Below the pieces are notes generated by a model, which searched no databases, had not been told where the DNA came from, and was given only the letters and a program-made list of their open reading frames with translations. A DNA stretch of 64,000 nucleotides. Source: Lama glama (lineage: Eukaryota). Position 1 is the first letter of the stretch, and the number at the start of each line of letters is the position of its first letter. A program made the position numbers and the translations under genes. Below are positions 54,641-64,000 of the stretch, piece after piece. The stretch covers positions 38,628,001-38,692,000 of the forward strand of contig CM052816.1 in NCBI GenBank assembly GCA_028534125.1, read 5' to 3'.

Positions 54641-55903
54641 AAGAGAAATGGTTTAGAAGAAAGGAAGGGACAAATATTGAACAGATAAAATACTGAAGAT
54701 GTTGTCTTTGAAACATACAGATCACAACATACAGATCACAGGAGTTCCTGAAATAAAACACCAAGGCAAGAGAACAAAACAAATACTAAAACTTAATATT
54801 TAAGAAAACTTCCTTGAATTACAGATTCAAAGCTACATGTTAAAGCACGCATGTACCTGACAATTTAGACTCAGAACTACTATCGTTAAAGTACACTCCA
54901 GTAAAATTACTGGACTTCAAAAGAAATAATATTTGGGCACTTTAAAAAAAATTTTAATTTTACAAGAAAAATTAAATTAAATTATCAACAGACTTTGACA
55001 GCAGTACTTTATTCAAGAAAAAAATGGAACAATATATTTGAGAATCTTAATGAAAGATTGTGTGTCAAGGGTTTCACATCCAGAAAACTGACTTTCAAAT
55101 ATAAAGAGCATAAGATAAACTATTATCAACATTCAAGAATTCAGGAATGTTCTCATGAGCACTTCCTTAGGAATTTACTAGGGAAAAAAATTCTGACAAC
55201 CAAAATAACTAGAGAAATACCACCATAGGCAATTAATGGTGAGCATTATGTTTACAATTACATTTAAAACTAAAAGTAGATGAATATATTCAAAAGGAAA
55301 AAAATACAGTTTGTAACTGCTATATACTCAGACCTTACAGATATAGTTCAACCTCCCCAAAAAATGGGCAAGGAAAGAGGATAGCATATTCAAAAATCAC
55401 AGATAACTGTGTTCCATAACCATATTGATAGTAGTCATATTAGCATTGTTATTCTGAGGCCGTTGTATGTATAATTCAGCATAAAGAAAATAAGATATTA
55501 TAGCATAATTCTAGTTCTAACATTCCCTATGTCCTTGAGGAGAGGCTAAACAAAAACCCTGTAGTACTTAAATTGATTTGAAAATATCAATACAAACTCA
55601 TGAAGTATGTTATCTTTGGATATGTATATATTTAAAGACATATAGTTCTGTGTACTTCTCACCTCTGCCTACATAATTAAATTTATTTAAATGCCTAGAA
55701 AAATGACCAGCCCAAGATAAATAATCATCCCTAACACCCAGATTTTAATCTTGAAATTTAACTTTCCACTAAAGAATCCAGTTTGATCTCCTGGGGAAAA
55801 GTTTGATTGTAGGACTGAGACAGGAAGTATGTAAGATAAGCCCAGAAAATCTTGTCAAACTAGATAGTAAGGTAGAAAGTAAGCGAGCAAAAACTAATAG
55901 AGT

Positions 55904-57146
55904 CTGACTATAAACCTCCTAGAAGAAAACACAGGCAAAACACTCTCTGACACAAATCTTAGCAATGTTCCCCTAGGACAGTCTACTCAGGAAATAGAAA
56001 TAAAAGCAAAAATAAACAAATGGGACCTAATTAAACTCATAAGCTTTTAAACAGCAAAGGAAACCATAAGCAAAACAAAACCATCTATGGAATGGGAGAA
56101 AATATTTGCAAATGATGCTACTGACAAAGGTTTAATTTCCAGAATATATAAACAACTCATACAACTTAGTAACAAAAAAATAAACAACCCAATCCAAAAA
56201 TGGGCAGAAGACCTAAATAAGCAATTCTCCAATGAAGACATACAAATGGTCAATGGGCACGTGAAAAAATGCTCAGTATCACTAATTATCAGAGAAATGC
56301 AAATCAAAACTACAATGAAGTATCACCTCACACCAGTCAGAATGGCCACCATTCAGAAGTCCATACACAATAAATGCTGGAGAGGGTGTGGAGACAAAGG
56401 AACTCTCCTACACTGCTGGTGGGAATGTAGTTTGGTGCAGCCATTATGGAAAACAGTATGGAGATTCCTCAAAAAACTAAAAATAGACTTACACCCAGCA
56501 ATCCCACTCCTGGGTCTGTATCTATAGGGAACTCTAATTCGAAAAGATATATGCATCCCAATGTTCATAGTAGCACTATATACAATAGCTAAGACATGGA
56601 AGCAACTTAAATGTCCATCTACAGATGATGAGATAAAGAAGGTGTGGTATATTTATATAATGGAATACCACTCAGCCATAAAAAAGAATAAAATAATCCC
56701 ATTTGCAGCAACATGGATGGGCCTGGATATCATCACTCTAAGCAAAGTAAGCCAGAAAGAGAAAGAAAAATACCATATGATATCACGCATATGTGGAATT
56801 AAAAAAAAAAAAGAGAAAAAAGAATACCAATGAACTCATCTAAAAAACAGAAACAGACTCACATAGTAAACAATCTTATAGTTACTGGAGGAAAGAGGGT
56901 GGGAAGGGATAAATTTAAGAGTTTGAGATTTGGAAATGTTAATCACTATATGTAAAAATAGATTAAAAAACAAATTTATTCTGTATAGCACTGGTAACTA
57001 CATTCAATATTTTGTAATAACCTTTAATGAAAAAATTATGAAAATGAATTTATGTATATATATATAGCATGACTGGGACATTATTCTGTACATCAGAAAT
57101 TAACACACTGTAACTGACTATGCTTCAGTAAAAAAATTAAGAAATG
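55904..57146 (+). mobile_element. Younger 5'-truncated LINE-1 (ORF2 C-terminus, 3' UTR and A-tail)
   Basis: [22 protein letters not shown]...[18 protein letters not shown] (ORF2p cysteine-rich domain), frameshifted; TSD aaaaactaatagagt (55889-55903) / aaaagctaatagagt (57147-57161). Confidence 0.95.
56087..56833 (+). pseudogene. Disrupted L1 ORF2p C-terminal coding remnant (ORFs 56087..56527 and 56561..56833)
   Basis: The two ORF-track peptides are consecutive parts of the L1 ORF2p C-terminus, separated by a stop codon after a local frameshift. Confidence 0.9.
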
Positions 57147-57279
57147 AAAAGCTAATAGAGTTTGTCAAAACACTCGTGAGCCAAATAGAAGAGGCTCTCA
57201 CTAGCTAAAAATGAGACAAACAAGCTTCAATAAGGTAATAATGCCAACAGACTGAAACAGATTAAAACACATTTAAATC

Positions 57280-57610
57280 AGCACAGACAGTTCCACACAG
57301 GTCAACGCAAAGAGGAACACACCAAGGCACACAGTAATCAAATTGACAAAAATTAAGGATAAGGAGAAAACATTAAAATTAGCAAGAGAAAACCAACAAA
57401 TAACATACAAGGGAATTCCCATAAGGTTACTTAGCTGAGTATACAGCAGAACTCTATAGGCCAGAAGGGACGGTATAGCCCAAGTGGCAGAGTGCATGCT
57501 TAGCATGCACAAGGTCTGGGGTTCAATCCCCAGTACCTCTACCCAGCAAGGCTCTTTCAGATTTGATGGAGAAATCGAAAGCTTAGTTTACAACAAATGT
57601 TAAAGGAACT
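57280..57610 (+). pseudogene. L1 ORF1p fragment, interrupted by a SINE head
   Basis: Translates NAKRNTPRHTVIKLTKIKDKEKTLKLARENQQITYKGIPIRL, then resumes after the SINE head as YPARL..FRFDGEIES. Confidence 0.85.
57467..57540 (+). mobile_element. tRNA-Ala-derived SINE head (camelid vic-1-like), no tail
   Basis: gggacggtatagcccaagtggcagagtgcatgcttagcatgcacaaggtctggggttcaatccccagtacctc, with an A-box, an AGC anticodon-like loop and the B-box GGTTCAATCCC. Confidence 0.85.
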
Positions 57611-57696
57611 AATGAATTGGGTTTTTTCTCTTCCCACTTCTTAGTGGGATTAGACTATCATGAAGTCATTTATAATGGAAAACTTTTATTATCTGA

Positions 57697-57767
57697 TTTT
57701 TTAATTTTTGTTTTGAGGGGGGAGGTACTTAGGTTCATTCATTCATTTATTTTTAGAGGAGGTACTG
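57697..57767 (-). mobile_element. vic-1-like SINE 3' tail
   Basis: Reverse complement cagtacctcctctaaaaataaatgaatgaatgaacctaagtacctcccccctcaaaacaaaaattaaaaaa. Confidence 0.75.
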
Positions 57768-58018
57768 TTTGTTCTAGTTCTGTGAAGAGTATCTTTGGTA
57801 TTTTGACAGGGGTTGCACTGGATCTGTAAATTGCTTTGGGTAGTACAGCCATTTTGATAATGTTGATTCTTCCAATCCAAGACCACAAGATATCTTTCCA
57901 TTTCTTTGTATCATCTTCAATTTCCCTTATCAATGTTTTACAGTTTTTGTAGTGTAGTTAACACCCTTGGTTAAGCTTATTTCTAGGTATTTTGTTGTTT
58001 TTGATGCAATGGAAATGT
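57768..58018 (-). pseudogene. L1 ORF2p fragment (post-RT region)
   Basis: IREIEDDTKKWKDILWSWIGRINIIKMAVLPKAIYR...ILFTELEQ and KYLEISLTKGV. Confidence 0.9.
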
Positions 58019-58080
58019 TTATGCCAGTTATAAAATTCTGGTTTTTGAAGTGAAAAAAAAAAAAAGAATGAAGGCCCACA

Positions 58081-58245
58081 AATGGCAAAATATCCTTCTT
58101 TCTTATGGGTGAGTTGTATTCCATTACATATATATGCTGCATCTTCTTCATCCATTCATCTATTGATGTGCACTTAGGATGTTTCCATATCTTGGTATTT
58201 ATAAATAATGCTGCTGTTAATAGTGGTGTGTATGTATTTTTTTAA
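58081..58245 (-). pseudogene. L1 ORF2p extreme C-terminal fragment
   Basis: MKKMQHIYVMEYNSPIRKKDILPF resembles L1 IKKMWYIYTMEYYSAIKKNEILPF. Confidence 0.8.
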
Positions 58246-59369
58246 TTAATTCTTATTTTGTGGTTGGCTTTATTCCTTTGATAACTATGTAAGTTTAAAA
58301 AGCTAAAGGTCTAAATGCTCTTAGAAACAATAAACAGTACATATATGTAAATTTTAAAAAATATGTGCAGTATATTCTGTATATGTATTTATATGCAGTA
58401 TATTGTATATGTGCAGTCAAACTGTAACAATTCTACCTAATAAAACTGAAAAATGAAAAAAAAACATTTAAATCTATGAGTCTATAATGATAGAGGAAAA
58501 AAGCCAATGGGTCTCCAGAAGATGACTGGGAAATCAATTCAATATCCTGGAAGCTGGTAAATTAAGAAAAATAATTACTATTTTTTATCTATACTGTCTT
58601 CCTTATATGAATTGTACCACTGGGTACTGACATAACAGATAAGAAACAGCATCTCTTCACAAAATTTTTCACCTGATAAATAAACATAAAATACTAAATT
58701 CAGAAAATCACCATTTCACAAGGTATTAGGATGAATGGCTGCTAGTATTGTAACAGAAGAGATACAGAAAGGGAGAAAGTGTGAGTAAGAGAGAGAGAGA
58801 AGTTGAAGGGGGTTGGAACTGAGAGAAAATCAGACATTATTTGTTCCTGATGAAAAACCAACAACTGGTTTGCAAAGAGATCTAATCCATCAAGCATTTG
58901 GAACTAGCTGCCAATTTGCAGTAAGTCAGAGGTCAGAGGAATATGCTGAAAAGCAACAGCAATAAGCATGAAATTACCAACCCAGACTGGGAAATTCTAC
59001 AGGTTAAATGATCTAATTCTTCAAAAAATGAATTCCAAATTAAAAATAGATACAGAGAGAAACTCTATACTAAAAGACATAAAAGGTAGGCCAATATGCA
59101 AACAAGGTGCAAGACAGTTCAGGGATGCACACTTGGGTGATAAATTGATAAAGAAAATCAAAGGAGTGACTAGTATAAAAATCAAGGTAGTGGTTACTAT
59201 GGGGCCAATTAGGATTGGAACAGGGCACACGAATGAACTGTATAGGCAAAATTCTGTTTCCTAACTCAGGTAGTGGCTAGAAAAGTATTCATATTACATT
59301 AATTCATTAAGGTACATACATGGTTTTATATATGTGTGTTTTATTTTACACAAAAGGCATAATTCATAT

Positions 59370-60200
59370 AGAAACCTGAAAAATAGATTCAGAAGTTTTT
59401 CTAGAGAGAGCAAATATAGAAGAATAGCAATGATAAGTTTGGAAAAGAATAACAGAGGACCACTTTCTCCACCGGTTATAAATATAAACCATTGGTAAAT
59501 AAAATAGTCTGGTACCAGGAGAGAAATAAAGACATCAGTGGAACTAAATAGATAATTCACATCTTCATACTCATATACATATGCACACACGTGTCTAATA
59601 TGAGAAAAGAACTGATTATATGGTTATATGGTAACCAAACGGAAATTTCAAATTGATTTAAGGTAGAAAACTGAAAATGAAAGCAATAAGGAGTTAAATA
59701 AAATACCAGTTGGGGGGTTAGGCAAAGGGAATACTTCCTAAGATAGTCGTAAGATCCAGAAAACAAAAAAGAAAATATTAATATTTTGAATAAATGGGGG
59801 AAAAAATCTTCTCAAAGACAAAATATTTTATAACTAATTTTTAATGGCAGACTAAGATAATATATTTGAAGCTCACAAAACTGGCAAAGGATTATTACCC
59901 CTTACATACAAAGAAGGCTTATATATCAAAAGAAAAAGCAATAATTTAATAGGAAAAAACAGTCAAAGGTCATGAATACATATTGGGAAAAAAATATGTA
60001 TATATGTATTATCTACTCTATATAGAATGACACTCGACCTTACTAGTTGTCTTATAAACGCGAATTAAATACCATTCACAATTTTCAACCAATTCAATTG
60101 ACTAAAAACTTTTAATTAATAATAAATAATGTTTGAGAATATTCAGGTATAAAAGTACTGTCATAGAACGTTTTCTCCTCTTGGAAATCTTTTAAATGGA
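59370..60200 (+). mobile_element. Highly diverged old L1 ORF2 fragments
   Basis: agaatagcaatgataagtttggaaaagaataacagaggac...aataaagacatcagtggaac...ctggcaaaggattattaccc. Confidence 0.55.
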
Positions 60201-60999
60201 TATAGCAATTTTTAAACCTGCATGAATCCTTTCATGCTATTTATCTTTTTATCTTTTCCTCTGAATCCTAGGTGAACACCTTTGTTCAATCTTCTTAATG
60301 TCTAACTAAATCTTCATCTGTGATTATTCTATTATTCAGCCTACTTACTGAGCTTTTTTCATTTTGATGATCTCTAATTGGTTAATTTGTTTTTCTCCAA
60401 CAGACTGTCATTATTTCATGGTTGCATTAGCTTATTTTATTTCTTTAAGGATATCAATTATACTTCCTTAAAAATCTTATTTATTATTTAATTCTATTTT
60501 TTTCTGCTATTATCCATGAAATTTCATGGATTTGGTTATCATTAAATGTTTGGTAACATTCGGTTGCTTGTTCATCTCCTGTTTTAGCTGTGCTGTGGTC
60601 TGAGGCTTCTTCTACCCAATCACCTCCTTTCCTTCTCTTCTTTTGCAGTAACAAATAGTGCTGGAATAAACACCCTTATACAATGCTATCCTCTGATACT
60701 TTCCCTCTGGTAGGATGGAGTCACAGAAGTGGGTGAAATATCTGCATTTTCAATTTAATAGACAAAGTCAGATTATGTTACTTGCAAGATGGAATAATTC
60801 ACATACTCACCAGTAATCATTTAGCTAGCCTCATTTCCCCACATCCTCACCACATTTGCTTATTTTTTTTCAAGCCAGACTTTGGATTTCTTTAAGTACT
60901 GCTGCCACAGTATGAATTAGATATTACCCTGTTTATAGTTGTACTTAATAAATATTCATTAATTAGTTGAATGAATAAGTTGAGCCTCTGGATCCCTGT

Positions 61000-61218
61000 T
61001 ACTCTGCTCTACTTTCTTCCCTATAGTAATTTTCACCTTCTAGCACACTACATAATATACTCATTTATTATATTTATTGTTTAATGTCTGTCTTCCCCTG
61101 CTAACACAAGATCCTCAGAAGCTGGAATCTCTGTTTTGTTCACTGATATTCCCTAGTGTCTAGGGTACTTCACTTCATAGGCACTCAATACATAATTATG
61201 AAATGAATGAATGAATGA
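61000..61218 (+). mobile_element. L2a 3' terminus
   Basis: tttattgtttaatgtctgtcttcccctgcta...tgttttgttcactgatattccctagtgtctag...cataggcactcaata...gaatgaatgaatga. Confidence 0.85.
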
Positions 61219-61719
61219 CCACATGAACTGTTCATTGAATATACTAGTTAGAACTGTAAAATATTTTTCCTCAACAAATCTTTTGCAAAGTACTTATTAT
61301 AAAGATGTATATGTTTCCTTTAACAGATATTATTAATTCCTTCAATTATGTATACATTCCAAGCTGACTAAACCATGGCCTGCTACAAAGAGGAAATCAA
61401 CATAACAAGATTCTTTTCTTGAAATCCATTCAGGAAGCATAAGATCAGCAGAAGCAGAGAACATGTGCTCATCTGTAACTGACTTTTGAGTGTGGACCTG
61501 AGGACACTATCTTAAAGAAAGGTTCCAACTTAGTCATAAACAATTTATCAGGCATATTAGTTGTTCTGGAAGCAATAACAACACAATAACATTAATTTGG
61601 ATAAATTAAATATTGTTGTCATTTTAACACACCAAACATCAAATACTATCATTTTCAATGAACCTGGTTTAATACATACCAACAAGATAGTCCCTTCTTT
61701 TTATGGTGATCTTAAAAAG

Positions 61720-62010
61720 CCCCATATAGCACTTTTCCAGTTTTCATTGGAGCCTCATTACAACCCTAAAAGCTAGGCAGAATAAATATTACACTCATTT
61801 CAAGGGATCAGGAAACTGAATCTTAAAAAAGTTAAGTGACTAATAGTACTTGAATACATGTTTTTGGATTCATTTCTTTCTGAAGAAGCAAGATATTAAA
61901 CAAAAAGCAAATATTTGGAGTCAGAAGTAGATTTCTATTCTGACCTTGTAATTAATAGCTGTGGAAACATTAACCACTGAATTATCTACTCTAAGCCTCG
62001 ATTCAACATC
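61720..62010. mobile_element. Two MIR fragments (minus, then plus)
   Basis: cctcattacaaccct...ggaaactgaatcttaaaaaagttaagtgact on -; ttggagtcagaag...attaatagctgtgg...ctctaagcctc on +. Confidence 0.6.
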
Positions 62011-62549
62011 ATTTTATTTGTCATTATGCAGAAAAGGATAAGAAAACAGCCATGCATCAAAGGATATCTATTATCTAATCATCTCTATATTGAAAATATA
62101 CTGAAGTTTGTTATTTACACTGTTGATTCAAGAGGTTTCTCTGGACATGACACTGTTCTCTTATTTTCCTTCTGTTATTAAGGTGCCTCTAGATCTAAGA
62201 ATTCAGTTGTATAATTTATCCCTCTGCTACCACCCAGTAGGAAAAAACCTGGGCCAGCCACTTAGCACTGTGCTGGGAAACTGCCTAGAAAGTAAGGCTC
62301 TGCTGCTCTACCTCTGTTATCTTTCTTCTCTTCAAATGCATCTGTGGCCAAAGGTAGAACTTTCATGTCAATCCTATTCCACCAGTATGCCTAACCTCCA
62401 GTGCCCAAGCCCTCAATTTTTGGCTTTGTATAAAGATTAATCTTGGTAAAGAATTAACTAGGTCACAAAGTTCCTTTCTTCCTATTTCTACTCTCTTCTG
62501 CCTTATTTGGTTACCTTAACATTGCGTCTTTCCCTGAGGAACATTGGCT

Positions 62550-64000
62550 ATGATCAGTTTTGCAAACATTTACTGAGTGCCTTCTCTGTTGGCAATATTA
62601 AGGTGCTAAGAAAGAAAGATACATAGAACACAACCTCTGTCCTTAAGGAGATTGTAGCTTATTAAGGGAGAGAGATAAAGGGATCATATTGCTATAATTC
62701 CATACCTCCAATAGTTAAAGGTAAGTTTTAGGTTTTATGGAAACAGAGAGGGGGAATAATTAACCACGGTAAGGGTAGGAATCACATTAATAAAGGTTAC
62801 AGGGGAACTGAGATCTGCTCTCACAGTGTAAGTAGGAATTAGCAGGCAAAGAAGAGTGCTACAGGTGGGAAAATAACATGAGTAACTGCATAGAAGCATG
62901 ATGCCAAAGGTTTTGTTCAGGTTACAAGCAGTTGGGTATTTATGAAGCATAAAATGTGCTTGAGTTTTGGACATTTGCAGTCAAGGTATCTGTGGGACAA
63001 CTCAGTACAAATATTTAACAGGAAGTTTACAAGAAAAGTCAAGACTAAATATTTGGTAGCCATCAATGCAGCTTAGCAAGATGACAATAAGCACAATGGA
63101 TAAAAATCAAATAAGGTAAGGAGGAGAGAGAGCATTGTTGTTTTATATAACATGGTCAAGAAGTGTTTCACTTTTTAGGTGACTTCGGAGCAGAGATCTA
63201 AAGTAAGAAGGTGAGTTATAATGAATAGATCAGGATAGAGCTTTACAGGAAGAAGAAATAGCACATGCGAAGGCCTTGAGTTAAGAGTGTGTTTGAATTC
63301 TTTGAGGAACAGGGATCAGATCAGGTAATCTTAAGGGTCATCATACAGACTTCACTATATGGACTTTTACTCTGAATAATATGAAAATCCAGTAGCAGTT
63401 TAGACTGAAAAGTGATATGATTTATGTTTTAATAAACTTACTCTGGCTGTTGTCTATGGAATCTACTATGGCACAAGGGGAAAAAGCAGAGGTCGTGTTT
63501 TTCCCTTTTTAGGAGGCCATACCATTAATTCATGAGAGAATAATGGTAGTTTAGAGTGGTAATAAAGAATGGTAGGATTTTAGCTACTTTTTGAAAGTAG
63601 AGTTCCCAAGATCTTCTGAGTCTGAGTATATGAGAAAGGTAAAAGTTCAAAACATAAGAAGAAGTCTAGAATAAGAAGGACCAGGCGGTGAGAAAGGAAA
63701 ACGAGGTAAGAATGATGACACAGAGCAAAGGAAGTGTACTTGTTTAAAGAAAATTTGGAGAAGGAGAATGTAGCAGTATTGCCTGAAACAATAGAGTAAA
63801 AAAAAGGATAAAAATATCTGCTGGACTTAACAATTCTGAAGTTGTTATCCTTTGCCAAAGCAGTCTCATTGAAGTGGCAAGGTGGAAATCAGATTGCAAT
63901 GGGTTGGAGCATGAATGAGGCCTAAAGAATGAGAGATAGCATTAAGTGTTATCATTTGAAAACTTGACAGAGTGGATATAAGAGGGTTATAGTTGTTGGG
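62550..64000 (-). mobile_element. L2 LINE fragments
   Basis: gcaaacatttactgagtgccttctctgt...ctgtccttaaggagattgtag; gcacatgcgaaggccttgag...ggacttttactctgaataatatg...gcagtctcattgaagtgg...agattgcaatgggttg. Confidence 0.75.

Larger units (their letters stand above)
57280..58458 (+). mobile_element. Composite L1/SINE patchwork insertion with TSD and A-tail
   Basis: Flanked by aaaacacatttaaatc (57264-57279) and aaaaaacatttaaatc (58459-58474); AATAAA at 58439-58444; contains L1 ORF1(+), SINE head(+), SINE tail(-), L1 ORF2(-) and an L1 3' end(+). Confidence 0.7.
54700..59357 (+). mobile_element. Old L1MC4a-like element (ORF1 remnant plus long 3' region), host of two later insertions
   Basis: ORF1p-like RKKWNNIFENLNE...KLTFKYKE at 54995-55228; L1MC-type 3' motifs at 55500-55880, 57162-57279 and 58475-59357 run on across the insertions. 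Confidence 0.65.

Noticed and set aside
57467..57540. Functional tRNA-Ala(AGC) gene
   Set aside because: It has A/B boxes and an anticodon-like loop, but it matches a SINE head, has imperfect stems, has no adjacent oligo-T terminator and is embedded in L1 sequence
61350..61400. Minus-strand NAGNAG acceptor (tttcctctttgtagcag)
   Set aside because: No convincing donor, and stops follow within a few codons
1..64000. Known miRNA, snRNA, snoRNA, rRNA or processed pseudogene
   Set aside because: None recognised by eye; an Rfam/miRBase/BLASTX search is needed to exclude them properly

Overview
This is AT-rich, CpG-poor eutherian DNA, intronic or intergenic. It is very probably camelid: it carries pieces of the tRNA-Ala-derived vic-1 SINE, and I saw no Alu, B1, BovA, PRE-1 or CanSINE. 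I recognised no host protein-coding gene, RNA gene or CpG island. The only convincing protein homologies are decayed LINE-1 ORF1/ORF2 fragments and a hAT transposase remnant. Much of the window is old interspersed repeats: MIR, L2, MaLR/ERVL LTRs, MER DNA transposons and old L1M. It also holds an intact ERV1-type solo LTR (15621-16363) and a younger 5'-truncated L1 (55904-57146). The most unusual structure is a ~1.18-kb patchwork insertion (57280-58458) with a target-site duplication (TSD) and an A-tail. It is built from about 8-10 short L1 and SINE pieces in both orientations and may be a multi-template-switch retro-chimera. Several repeat-free stretches look like candidate enhancers, and there are a few unverified exon-like segments (41.3, 47.6 and 48.4-48.7 kb). 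All repeat family names come from recalled consensus sequences, not a database search, so subfamily calls and boundaries are approximate.
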